From Longimicrobiales bacterium (GTDB lineage Bacteria > Gemmatimonadota > Gemmatimonadetes > Longimicrobiales > Gaopeijiaceae), in the NCBI GenBank assembly GCA_965204735.1, contig OZ242008.1, positions 2,336,001-2,400,000 on the forward strand: a stretch of DNA of 64,000 nucleotides, in the 5' to 3' direction. The stretch's first letter is position 1. Every line of letters begins with the position of its first letter. The position numbers and the translations under genes were made by a program. Of this stretch, positions 19,157 through 27,903 are shown one piece after another. The notes beneath the pieces are model-generated. The model was not told the origin of the DNA, made no database searches, and was given only the letters and a program-made list of their open reading frames with translations.

Positions 19157-19725
19157 TCGGTCCCCTCGCCCGACGGCGCCGGCCTCTCGCGCCGGCGCGC
19201 GCCTCCCATCAGCAGGAGCATCGCTCCCACGGCGGCGGCGAACACCACCGTCGTCTCGCCCATGGTGTCGTAGCCCCGGTAGGACGCAAGCACGGCGGTC
19301 ACCACGTTGGGAATCCCGATCTCGTGGTAGGTCTCTTCCAGGTAGTGGTCGGCCACGTGATGGTGGACCGGGTTGGAGGGGTCGCCGAAGGGCGGCAGGT
19401 CCATCGTCCCGTAGATCAGCGCCGCGCCCGTCGTCAGGACCACGGCCAGCGGCACGGCCCGGAGGCGTCCCGGTCGCGCCGGTTCCTTCTCCCGCCGCCC
19501 GACCCGCGCCAGCGCGCCCAGGAAGAGGACGGTGGAGATGCCCGCGCCCACCGCCGCCTCGGTGAAGGCCACGTCCACCGCGTCCATCACGGTGAAGAGG
19601 CCCGCCGAGAGAAGCGAGTAGATCCCCGCCAGCATCACCGCCGCGAGGAGGTTGCGGACCTTGACGAGGCCCAGGGCGGTGGCCGCCAGCAGAGTCAGCA
19701 GGACGACATCGGCCGCGGTCTCTAT
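19153..19725 (-). CDS. DUF4040 / MrpB-N-terminal-type antiporter subunit
   Basis: A.DVAFTEAAVGAG, PNVVTAVLASYRGYDT.GE; probable ATA start after GGAGGGAGG. Confidence 0.88.
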   Translation of the reverse strand: METAADVVLLTLLAATALGLVKVRNLLAAVMLAGIYSLLSAGLFTVMDAVDVAFTEAAVGAGISTVLFLGALARVGRREKEPARPGRLRAVPLAVVLTTGAALIYGTMDLPPFGDPSNPVHHHVADHYLEETYHEIGIPNVVTAVLASYRGYDTMGETTVVFAAAVGAMLLLMGGARRRERPAPSGEGTE

Positions 19726-20087
19726 GGCGAGCCTCCCTCCGGGTCGGCCTGGGGGCGGGCGCGCGGCGCCGGGCCGCGCCGGGCCGCGCTGCCTGCCAGG
19801 GGCCGGAGACCTCCTTGGAGGGCGGCCCGGGCCAGGGCGTGGGTGGAGACGGGGCTGGTGAACCACAGGAACGCAAGGATCAGCAGGAGGCGCACCGCCG
19901 TCAGGCCGCTACCCTGGAAGCACAGTCCCGCCAGGATCAGCCCGGCGCCCATCGTGTCGGTCATCCCCGCGGCGTGCATCCGGGCGAAGACGTCGGGAAG
20001 CCGGAGGAGCCCCACGGTCCCCACGAGGGTGAAGAAGGCGCCTCCCAGGACGAAGGCCCAGCTGAGCAGGTTCAGCGCCGCTTCCAT
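19722..20087 (-). CDS. mrpG: Antiporter subunit G
   Basis: GLLRLPD.F.RMHAA...DT.G, T.PVS.HALARAA. Confidence 0.93.
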   Translation of the reverse strand: MEAALNLLSWAFVLGGAFFTLVGTVGLLRLPDVFARMHAAGMTDTMGAGLILAGLCFQGSGLTAVRLLLILAFLWFTSPVSTHALARAALQGGLRPLAGSAARRGPAPRARPQADPEGGSP

Positions 20088-20089
20088 CG

Positions 20090-20413
20090 TCAGACTTCGT
20101 CCGCCTTCAGGGCGCGTCGATCGTCGGGGACCGGCGCGACCGTCGGCGGGCGCGTCGCCGCTCCCAGGTTGCCGTACTCGACGTACTTCAGCACCGCCAC
20201 CGTCCCGATGAAGTTGATCAGCGCGTAGACGAGAGCCAGGTCCAGGAAGTCCGGCCTGCCCGCCAGGAAGCCGAGCACCGCGATGAGCACCACCGTCTTG
20301 GTGCCCATGTTGTTCAGCGCGAGGACGCGGTCGTACGCCGTCGGTCCAAGGAGGGCCCGGACCACGGCCAGCGCCATTGCGGCGAGGAGTGCCGCGGCGG
20401 CGACGGCGAACAC
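20090..20413 (-). CDS. mrpF: Antiporter subunit F
   Basis: GPT.YDRVLA, DLALVYALINFIGT; GTG 20413. Confidence 0.92.
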   Translation of the reverse strand: MFAVAAAALLAAMALAVVRALLGPTAYDRVLALNNMGTKTVVLIAVLGFLAGRPDFLDLALVYALINFIGTVAVLKYVEYGNLGAATRPPTVAPVPDDRRALKADEV

Positions 20414-20415
20414 CG

Positions 20416-20907
20416 TCAGGAATCCGCCCCTTCGAGGGCGGCGACGCGGCGGTTCATCTCGTTCTCCTCGGAGCCGTCGACCATGTCCCGCGACAAGGCG
20501 TGGACCTCGAAGTCTTCGCCCACGACGCCCGTGGTGACCGTGCCGGGAGTCAGGGTGATCGAGTTGGCGTAGACGAACCTGCCCAGGTCGGTCCGCTGCG
20601 ACGCCCGGAAGTGGACGATCGCAGGATCGATGGGAAGCCGGGGCGACAGAACGATGCGCGCCACCTGGACGTTGCACCGCAGGATGTCCCAGATCAGCCA
20701 CGGGACGTAGGCGAGCGCGCGCCAAGCCAAGCGGAAGGGGGCCGATTCTTCGTCCAGCGTGCCCATGCGAAGGGCGACGAAGACGGCCAGGGTGCACGTG
20801 CCGACCCCGAAGGCGAGCATCAGGGGCTTGTAGACGCCGGAAAGGAGCAGCCAGAGAGCGAAGAGGACGACCCACACTCCGGCCGCTCTAGTCACGTGTG
20901 AACGCAT
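20416..20907 (-). CDS. mrpE: Antiporter subunit E
   Basis: W.LLSG, N.QVA, ANSITLTPGT, VHAL. Confidence 0.93.
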   Translation of the reverse strand: MRSHVTRAAGVWVVLFALWLLLSGVYKPLMLAFGVGTCTLAVFVALRMGTLDEESAPFRLAWRALAYVPWLIWDILRCNVQVARIVLSPRLPIDPAIVHFRASQRTDLGRFVYANSITLTPGTVTTGVVGEDFEVHALSRDMVDGSEENEMNRRVAALEGADS

Positions 20908-20995
20908 CCGGGAGTTCTTGAGGGGGAGTTGGGAAGGCCGGCCGCTCCGGCCCTGGACGGCGGGAGGCGGCCTGTCCGTTTCGCTCGGGGCGAAT

Positions 20996-21634
20996 CTACC
21001 AGTTGGACTGTGCCCCGTCCACTATCTCCTGCACGAGGAGCTCGATCGCCTCCAGCCGTCCGTCGTCCTCGGTCTCGGTCGCGTCGAGGTACTGTCCCTG
21101 GACGCGAAGCGACGACTGGTCCCACAGGATCAGGTTCTCCGCCCTGTCCAGCAGCTCCACCTCGACCACGAGGACCACTTGGCGCTGAAGGACCTGGACG
21201 CTGCCGGCCTGGCCGCCCTGGTTGTAGAGAGGCGCAGAGAGGTCGTAGCTGCGGATCGTGCCGCTGATCACCGCGTCGGCCGCCTCCTCGCCCGCGGGGG
21301 TCAGGCCCAGCGCCCGGGGAAGCTGCCGCAGGAGGGCGTCGTGGACTTCCTGGACGAGCTCGAAGCGGTTCGTGTCGTTCTCGAAGGGCAGGACGGCCAG
21401 AGTGCGGACGTGCTCCGGAAGCCCGGCGCCGCTTCGGAAGGAGTAGTTGCAGCCCGCCAGGAGGGCGACGGCGGCCAGCACGGGAGCGAGGCGGCCCCTG
21501 GAGGCCGGGCGGCCGATCGGGTCCCCCTGGGCGCGGTCGCCCGAGTCGCGGGCGCTGCCCCTCGAGCCGCGGCGGTCCCGGCAGCGGTCAGGAACCGGAG
21601 GGACTCCAGATGTCGGGCGGAAACGGGTCCACAT
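20996..21634 (-). CDS. LptE-family lipoprotein (true start probably nearer 21480)
   Basis: Lipobox LAGC then YSF...LP...TLAV.PFEN.T; C-terminal W. Confidence 0.8.
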   Translation of the reverse strand: MWTRFRPTSGVPPVPDRCRDRRGSRGSARDSGDRAQGDPIGRPASRGRLAPVLAAVALLAGCNYSFRSGAGLPEHVRTLAVLPFENDTNRFELVQEVHDALLRQLPRALGLTPAGEEAADAVISGTIRSYDLSAPLYNQGGQAGSVQVLQRQVVLVVEVELLDRAENLILWDQSSLRVQGQYLDATETEDDGRLEAIELLVQEIVDGAQSNW

Positions 21635-22523
21635 ATTCGAATGATTCCAGTTCGAGCTTCACTTCGCGGTAGGCGGGCAAGTTGCGGTAGGCGGCTTCGG
21701 CGGGGTAGGAGCCGTCGTGCCGGTCGGACGTTTCGACGCGCTCCACGACGCGCCCGTTCTCGACGAGCTCGGCCTCCCGGACGGTTCCGCCTTCCACGCG
21801 GAAGCGCACGCGGCCTGCGGCGGGCAGGGCGTACTCCGCCGTCAGCGTCCCATCGGCGACGGCGCCGTCCACGAACGCCGCGTCGAGGCCGGGGCGGAAG
21901 ACGCCGAAGACCGCCCAGAGGAGGGGCGGCGGCGGGATCAGGTCGTCGGAGACGGCCGTGGGGATGCGCAGCTCGTCCCCCACGAGGACGGCGACGCCGG
22001 CCGTCTCGCCGTTGTCGAGGAAGAGGTCGAGGCGGGCTCGGTCGGGGGGCTCGACCCGGGCCACGCCGGCGCCGGCGCCGCGGAAGTCGGGCTCGCGGAC
22101 GCTCCACGAGAAGAGAAGCCGGCTGGGCTGGCGGGGGCGACTGGAAGCCTGCGCGACGAGGAGCGGGTCGCGGAGGCTCGCGACGGTCGGCGCTGGGGGC
22201 TCTGGAAGGGACCGGGCGCCGCCGCCGCATCCCGTGGCGGCGAACGCGCCCAGCGACGCGGCCGTTGCCGCGGTCGCCGCCGTCCGGCGAACTCCGTCCC
22301 GGCGCCGCCGCCCTGGCGGCTGGGGACGGCGCCGATCTGGAACGCGTAGCCGGCGCCGCCCTGCCCCGCCGGGACGTCGGTCCGGCCGGGCGAGCCGGTG
22401 GGCCGGCAAGGCTGTATCCTCTCTTGATCCGTCTCCATCGCCGGGACGTCGGTCCGGCCGGGCAAGCCCGTGGGCGCTCCGGCCTGTCCCCCTTCGCCCT
22501 CTCCGTCTAGCTTCGGCGGTCAT
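21588..22523 (-). CDS. Hypothetical lipoprotein (start uncertain)
   Basis: AATGC lipobox near 22230; globular core ARVEPPDRARLDLF..PPPPLLWA..G; N-terminal part spans a repeat and may not be translated. Confidence 0.65.
   Translation of the reverse strand: MTAEARRRGRRGTGRSAHGLARPDRRPGDGDGSREDTALPAHRLARPDRRPGGAGRRRLRVPDRRRPQPPGRRRRDGVRRTAATAATAASLGAFAATGCGGGARSLPEPPAPTVASLRDPLLVAQASSRPRQPSRLLFSWSVREPDFRGAGAGVARVEPPDRARLDLFLDNGETAGVAVLVGDELRIPTAVSDDLIPPPPLLWAVFGVFRPGLDAAFVDGAVADGTLTAEYALPAAGRVRFRVEGGTVREAELVENGRVVERVETSDRHDGSYPAEAAYRNLPAYREVKLELESFEYVDPFPPDIWSPSGS
22367..22475. repeat. 2 x 37-bp direct repeat, 72 bp apart
   Basis: cgccgggacgtcggtccggccgggc(g/a)agcc(g/c)gtgggc at 22367 and 22439. 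Confidence 0.85.
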
Positions 22524-23259
22524 GCCGTCCAAGCCCGTCTTCATGGTGTCGGACGTCCATCTGGGCGCCGTGCCTCCCGCGACCGAGGCGGCCTTCCGAC
22601 GCTGGCTCCTCCACGTGAAGGAATCGGCAAGCGGGCTGGTCGTCAACGGCGACCTCTTCGACTTCTGGTTCGAGTACCGGAGCGTGGTCCCCGGCGAGCA
22701 CGTCCGGGTCCTGGCGCTCCTGGCCGAGCTGGTGGACGCGGGCGTTCCGGTCGTTCTCATGGGCGGCAACCACGACTGGTGGGGCGGCGACTTCCTGCGG
22801 ACCCGGATCGGAGTCGAGTTCCACCAGGACCCATTGCGGCTCCGGCTGGCGGGTCGGCGCGTCCTCCTGGCCCACGGCGACGGGCTGGGCCGGGGCGACT
22901 TGGGCTACCGCCTCGTCCGGCTGGTCCTGCGCGGGCGCGCGACCCGCCTGCTCTTTCGTTGGCTTCACCCCGACGTGGGCGCTTGGGTCGCCCGTCGGGT
23001 CTCCGGCACGCGGCGCCAACTGGAAGGGGCCGGCGAGCCAAGCGAGGGCCGGGCCGCTTTCCTGGCGGGGTGGGCGGCGTCGCGGCTCGCGGAGGACCCG
23101 AGCCTGGAGATCGTCGCGCTGGGCCACTGCCACATGCCCGCGGTGCACGAGGCCGCGCCCGGCCGCTACTACGTGAACTCGGGAGACTGGGTGGCTCACC
23201 GCTCCTACGTCGTGGTCTCCGAGTCGGGGGCGCCCGAACTTCGCGAGTGGCGGCAGTAG
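22522..23259 (+). CDS. lpxH: UDP-2,3-diacylglucosamine diphosphatase (metallophosphoesterase)
   Basis: SDVHLG, GDLFDFWFEY, GNHD, HGD, GH.H, NSGDW. Confidence 0.88.
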   Translation: MPSKPVFMVSDVHLGAVPPATEAAFRRWLLHVKESASGLVVNGDLFDFWFEYRSVVPGEHVRVLALLAELVDAGVPVVLMGGNHDWWGGDFLRTRIGVEFHQDPLRLRLAGRRVLLAHGDGLGRGDLGYRLVRLVLRGRATRLLFRWLHPDVGAWVARRVSGTRRQLEGAGEPSEGRAAFLAGWAASRLAEDPSLEIVALGHCHMPAVHEAAPGRYYVNSGDWVAHRSYVVVSESGAPELREWRQ

Positions 23260-23289
23260 GCGTCGGTTCGGCGTTCTCGGCTCCACCGC

Positions 23290-24105
23290 TTACCGCCCCA
23301 CGGGCACCCGGACGCCCACCTCCACGCGGCCCGTGGACGGATCGCCCTCGACCGTCAACGGCTGGGGAAAGTCCTGGAGGTGAGCCGACACCAGGGCGTC
23401 CACGCCGGACACCAGCATGACGAAGATCACAGGAGCGAGCCAGTCCTCCCTCTGGTCCTCCCGGGCGGCTACGAGTCCCCGCAACCGGCCCACCTCCTCG
23501 TCGCTCTCCAGCGCCTGTTCGATCTCCTCCAAGTCCGTCACGCCCCGGGCCTCCAATTCGGCGGTGATCCGGCGCTCCAGAAGGCCTGCCTGCTCCCGCG
23601 CGGCCTCCAGCCGTCGCCAAGTCTTGAAGAGCATCCACGCCGCCAGCGACTCGGCGCCGAAGTAGAAGGCGCCGCGCCCCGTCGCGCCCGACACCGTGTG
23701 GCCCCATCCGGGAAGGACGACGCCCCGTATGAAGGCGCCGCGGGTGTTGGGGCCCTGGGACGAGGCGGAGTCGAGATCGGAGGGGGACGCGACAGAGGCA
23801 AGGGTGTCGCCGGCGGCCAGCGAGTCGGCGCGGGCGGCGGCCAGCGAGTCCGGGGGCGCCTGGGCGCGGGCGGGCGGCCCGACCAGCACGCCGAGCGCGA
23901 CAGCCGCCAGTGGGACAACCGGGTGTGCGCGACCGGCAAGAACGCGGGCGGCCAGGAGCGGCCGGCGAAGGTCGGTCGGGACTTGGCGCCAAGCCAGCAG
24001 CGGTCCGCGGAGGCCGGCCACGGCGCGGCACCACGACGGGAGCGGTCGGCCAACGTCGGCCACGGCGCGGCGCCAGCACGGGAGCGGTCGGCGAACGTCA
24101 GCCAC
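23290..24105 (-). CDS. DUF5683-like membrane protein
   Basis: AF.R...LPGWG, R...EDW, DA.V.AHL.DF; start uncertain because of upstream tandem repeat. Confidence 0.7.
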   Translation of the reverse strand: MADVRRPLPCWRRAVADVGRPLPSWCRAVAGLRGPLLAWRQVPTDLRRPLLAARVLAGRAHPVVPLAAVALGVLVGPPARAQAPPDSLAAARADSLAAGDTLASVASPSDLDSASSQGPNTRGAFIRGVVLPGWGHTVSGATGRGAFYFGAESLAAWMLFKTWRRLEAAREQAGLLERRITAELEARGVTDLEEIEQALESDEEVGRLRGLVAAREDQREDWLAPVIFVMLVSGVDALVSAHLQDFPQPLTVEGDPSTGRVEVGVRVPVGR

Positions 24106-24125
24106 GGCGCGGCACCAGCACGGGC
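23976..24125. repeat. Decaying 42-bp tandem repeat (~3.5 copies)
   Basis: ccacggcgcggc(a/g)cca..acggg units at 24018, 24060, 24102, with a degenerate copy upstream. Confidence 0.85.
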
Positions 24126-25060
24126 AGGGCGCAGGGCAACACGTCCACGCGGAGCTCCTGGGCGGTCCCCGGGACGAGCTCGCCGTCAAGCTCGAAGCGG
24201 AAGGGCTTCCCTCCGGCGGCGCGGATGGAGGCGGAGCTGATCCGGCGCATCGTGACGTGGCGGGACCCGGCGTGGCGTCCCCGGACCACCTTGGGGACCA
24301 AGCTGGCGACTTGCCGCCAGCCCAGGGCGTGGACCCGGCAGAGGTCGAGCTGGCCGTCGGCGGGGGCAGCCTCCGGGTTGATCATGAAGCCGCCTCCGAT
24401 CGAGGGGCCGACGGTGACTGCCAAGAGAGTCGTGCGCCCCGAAAGGAGTTCGCCGCGACCCGAACGGAGCTCGGCGCTCCTCGACGGGCCCTCGGTCTCG
24501 ATCCGCAGCTCCGGGGGTTCGAACGACGACGCGGCGTCGAGGAACGCGGCCAAGTACTGGGCCAGCCCTCGAAGCCGGGAGTACTTGGCCCGTCGCCGCA
24601 GGACCTCCACGTCCACGCCCACGCCCAGCAGGTTCACGAACACCCTCTCGCCGTTCTCCCATCGCACTCGGCCCACGTCGAAGCGCTCCACGATGCCGTC
24701 CTTCAGGAGCGCCGCGGCGTCCTGGGGACCCGTCCCTTCGCCGTTGGGACGGACCATTCTAAAGAAGTCGTTGCCTGTCCCCACGGGGAAGACCGCCAGC
24801 GGCGGCATGTGAGCAGGCGAGCCGGCCAGCAGTCCGCCGGCAACCTCGTGGACGGTTCCGTCTCCGCCGACGACCATGATCCGTTCCGCCCCTTCCGCCG
24901 TCGCTTCCGTCGCCAGCCGAGCCGCGTGGCCGGGCGCCTCGGTGTAGCGCACCTGTCGGGGCACGGCCGCCTCGTCGAGGGCCGCGACGAGCCGGCGAGC
25001 GGCCTTCCGACCCCGCCCTCCCGACGAAGCGGGGTTCACCACGACGTGGACCGTCCCAGG
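24098..25060 (-). CDS. Diacylglycerol kinase family lipid kinase (YegS/BmrU-like); start undefined
   Basis: VVNP.S..G, T..PGHA, GGDGTVHEV, P.GTGNDF, DGQLD, ELDGE. Confidence 0.9.
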   Translation of the reverse strand, partial: PGTVHVVVNPASSGGRGRKAARRLVAALDEAAVPRQVRYTEAPGHAARLATEATAEGAERIMVVGGDGTVHEVAGGLLAGSPAHMPPLAVFPVGTGNDFFRMVRPNGEGTGPQDAAALLKDGIVERFDVGRVRWENGERVFVNLLGVGVDVEVLRRRAKYSRLRGLAQYLAAFLDAASSFEPPELRIETEGPSRSAELRSGRGELLSGRTTLLAVTVGPSIGGGFMINPEAAPADGQLDLCRVHALGWRQVASLVPKVVRGRHAGSRHVTMRRISSASIRAAGGKPFRFELDGELVPGTAQELRVDVLPCALPVLVPRRG

Positions 25061-25072
25061 GGACGGGGACGA

Positions 25073-25169
25073 TGGCGGGGGCGTGTGGGAATCGAACCCA
25101 CCCGCCCGGGTTTTAGCCGGACGCACTGGTTTTGAAGACCAGACGGAACACCAGTCCCGATCCGCCCCC
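25073..25169 (-). tRNA. selC: tRNA-Sec(TCA)
   Basis: Reverse complement: CTGGT-CTTCAAA-ACCAG anticodon arm, long variable arm, GTGGG-TTCGATT-CCCAC T arm, ends GCCA; 97 nt. Confidence 0.95.
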
Positions 25170-25177
25170 GCTTTTCG

Positions 25178-26641
25178 TCACGCCACTCCTGCCTCTCGTT
25201 CGCCACCGGCCTGGGCAGACGAAGTCATGTCGCCGTGGGCCAGGGCGGACGAAGTCACGTTGCCGCGATCCTGGGCCGACATCAAGCGCCGCTCCACCTG
25301 ATGGAACGACGCGGCGAGCTCCCTTCGCATGCGGGCGAACTGCCGGCGGACCTCGGGGCGGCCGTGAAGGCGGAGGAAGAGGGTCGCGTCCTCCCGCACT
25401 TCCTTGGCGAGCTCGAGCCACTGGACCGTCGCGTACCCGCAGACCGGAACGGCCGCAGCGACGAGGGCCGCGGCGACCGTGCCTCCCGCGACGTAGCCCG
25501 CCGCCGCCCAGACGGCCCACGCCAGCGCTCCGCCGAAGAGGAGCGTCGCCAGCTTGTAGGTGGCCTCGACCTCGAAGTCGGGCTTGACCCGGGCGACCAC
25601 GAACGCCGGAAGTCGGACCACCGGCGCCCAGACGAGCAAGCCGGCCACAGCCGCGGGAAGCGTCAGCAGCAGGACGCTCCCCCGCACCGCGATGTAGCGG
25701 GCCACCGGAGTCAGGCCGTAGCGCGGGGGCACGTCCCCCTTCCCGGCCCCGACGCCCGCGTGAAGGGCCGCGTAGCGCTCCACCCTCGCCACCAGGGCGT
25801 CGTGCTCCTCCGGGGACTCGCGGCGGATCCACTCCAGCCCGGCGGCGAAGCGCTGAAGACGGGGGAAGCGGGTCCCCAGCCGCTCGCGGGCGCGCCACGG
25901 CACCCACCGGGATTCCCGCACGTACATCTGCTCGGCGATCTCGACCAGCTTCCGGTCGCGAGGGTCGACGAAGTTCAGGGTGAGGGCGCGGACGGCGGCC
26001 TCGATCCGCCGGGTGAGCATCCGCGCCGCCAGCATCGGGTCGTGGCGGTAGGCGTTGCTCAAGTCCGCGCAGGAGAAGGGGCTGCCGAAGCGCACGGCGA
26101 CGGAGGTGCGCGCCCGTTCCTTGCGCGAGTACGTGATCCCGACCGGCACGATCGAGAGTCCCAGGCCCCAGCCGGCAGCGTCCTCGGCGCGCAGCGCGAT
26201 GCGGGCGGCGCCGGTGCGGAACTCGGCCAAGCTGGACTGGGAGTGGCTGCGCCCCTCGGGGAATATCTGGATCGCGCCGCCGTCGAGCAGAACCTTGGTC
26301 GCGTCGCGGAACATCCCCTCGTTGAGGTGCATCTTCTCCGGATCGTCTTCCCGGCGGTGGACCGGGATCGCGCCCAGAGCGCGGATGATCGTCCCCAGCA
26401 GCGCCTTGTCGAAGAGCGGCGCGCGGGCGAGGGGGCGGGTGGCGCGCTCGCTGCAACGGAAGACGAGAACGGGGTCGAGGAGGCTGTTGGGATGGTTCGC
26501 CGCTACCAGGAGCGGGCCGTCCGGGAGCGGCGGTCCGTGGCGGTCCACCTTGTAGAACGCGGCCGCGGCCGCCCCGACGACCTTGACGACGAGCTGCGGA
26601 AAGCGGCTCGGGGGGCCGTTGGGCCCGCGGCGCTCCGGCAT
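25178..26641 (-). CDS. Lysophospholipid/glycerol acyltransferase (PlsC-like) with C-terminal TM region
   Basis: NHPNSLLDP, IPV.R, IFPEG.SH. Confidence 0.9.
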   Translation of the reverse strand: MPERRGPNGPPSRFPQLVVKVVGAAAAAFYKVDRHGPPLPDGPLLVAANHPNSLLDPVLVFRCSERATRPLARAPLFDKALLGTIIRALGAIPVHRREDDPEKMHLNEGMFRDATKVLLDGGAIQIFPEGRSHSQSSLAEFRTGAARIALRAEDAAGWGLGLSIVPVGITYSRKERARTSVAVRFGSPFSCADLSNAYRHDPMLAARMLTRRIEAAVRALTLNFVDPRDRKLVEIAEQMYVRESRWVPWRARERLGTRFPRLQRFAAGLEWIRRESPEEHDALVARVERYAALHAGVGAGKGDVPPRYGLTPVARYIAVRGSVLLLTLPAAVAGLLVWAPVVRLPAFVVARVKPDFEVEATYKLATLLFGGALAWAVWAAAGYVAGGTVAAALVAAAVPVCGYATVQWLELAKEVREDATLFLRLHGRPEVRRQFARMRRELAASFHQVERRLMSAQDRGNVTSSALAHGDMTSSAQAGGEREAGVA

Positions 26642-26687
26642 TGGGCGTCCTCTTGCGGTGGGCGATGCGGGGCGGCGTCGGCTTGGC

Positions 26688-26760
26688 CGAGGCCGGGGGA
26701 GCCGCTCGGGCGAGGCCGGGGGAGCCGCTCGGGCGAGGCCGGGGGAAGTCGCTCGGGCGA
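26688..26760. repeat. 3 x 23-bp tandem repeat in divergent intergenic region
   Basis: cgaggccgggggagccgctcggg at 26688, 26711 and an imperfect copy at 26734. Confidence 0.9.
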
Positions 26761-26855
26761 CACGTTATCTTCGCTTGCGGGAGCCTTCCTGCGCTACCCG
26801 TCCCCCCTTCCCCTTCCTCGACGTTCCCCCATGGCACGCTGGAGACCGCGCCTTC

Positions 26856-27842
26856 GTGAACCCGCATCCGCCCGCCGCTGCCGCCGTTCACGCCGGCGTC
26901 CGCAACCCGGGGACGCCCTTGGACCTGGACCTCGTGCGCCGGGTCCGGGCCAACCGGAGCGCGGCGGAGCGGCGGACCGCGAGCCTGGCGGGGCGACGGT
27001 CGGTCAAGAAGGACGCGCAAGCCGGGTGGCTCTTGCGGGCGATCGCGACGACCGACCTCACGACGCTGGCCGGAGACGACACGCCGGGACGGGTGCGGCG
27101 GCTGTGCGGGAAGGCCCGACGGCCCGTGCGTGGGGACCTGCTGGCGGCGCTGGGAGTCGACCCCGACGAGCTTCGGGCGGCCGCGGTGTGCGTGTATCAT
27201 CGGCTGGTGCCGGCGGCCTTGAGCGCGTTGGAGGGCAGCGGCGTGCCGGTGGCGGCGGTGTCGACAGGCTTTCCGGCGGGTCTTTCGCCGCTGGCGACGC
27301 GGATCGCCGAGATCCGGGAGTCCGTGGAGGCCGGGGCCGCAGAAGTGGACGTGGTGATCACCCGAGGGCTGGCGCTTCGGGGCGACTGGCAGGGGCTCCA
27401 CGCCGAGGTGGCGGCGTTCCGGGAGGCGTGCGGCGACGCCCACGTCAAAGTCATCCTGGGCACTGGCGAGCTGGGGACGCTGGGCAACGTCGGGAAGGCG
27501 GCGATCGTCGCGATGATGGCTGGGGCCGACTTCGTGAAAACCTCCACCGGCAAGGAGACGGTGAACGCCACGCTGCCGGTGGGCCTCGTGCTGGCGCGGG
27601 CGGTCAGGGCGTACCATCGGGCGACGGGCTTCCGAGTCGGCCTCAAGGCGGCGGGGGGGATCGGGACGGCCAAGGAGGCGTTGTCGTGGCTGGTCCTCGT
27701 GAAGGAGGAGCTCGGCGGCGAGTGGCTGGACCCGGCGCTCTTTCGGATCGGCGCCAGCTCCCTCCTGGCCGACATCGAGCGGCAACTCGAGCACCACGTC
27801 ACCGGCCGGTACTCGGCCTTCCACCGCCACTCGCTGGGGTAG
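26856..27842 (+). CDS. deoC: Deoxyribose-phosphate aldolase (long type)
   Basis: DLTTL.GDDT, AAVCVY, STGFPAG, E.DVVI, KVIL.TGEL, DFVKTSTGK, K.AGGI, RIGASSLL. Confidence 0.96.
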   Translation: MNPHPPAAAAVHAGVRNPGTPLDLDLVRRVRANRSAAERRTASLAGRRSVKKDAQAGWLLRAIATTDLTTLAGDDTPGRVRRLCGKARRPVRGDLLAALGVDPDELRAAAVCVYHRLVPAALSALEGSGVPVAAVSTGFPAGLSPLATRIAEIRESVEAGAAEVDVVITRGLALRGDWQGLHAEVAAFREACGDAHVKVILGTGELGTLGNVGKAAIVAMMAGADFVKTSTGKETVNATLPVGLVLARAVRAYHRATGFRVGLKAAGGIGTAKEALSWLVLVKEELGGEWLDPALFRIGASSLLADIERQLEHHVTGRYSAFHRHSLG

Positions 27843-27903
27843 AGCCCATGGTGACGACCGAGACGACCGTTTGCCGACGCGGCCTGGGCAGGGGCGGACG
27901 GTC

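Noticed and set aside
23976..26760. Short repeat clusters as CRISPR arrays
   Set aside because: Units are contiguous or degenerate without unique spacers; no cas genes.
26832..26850. TGGCACG as a sigma-54 promoter for deoC
   Set aside because: No TTGC -12 element at the required spacing.
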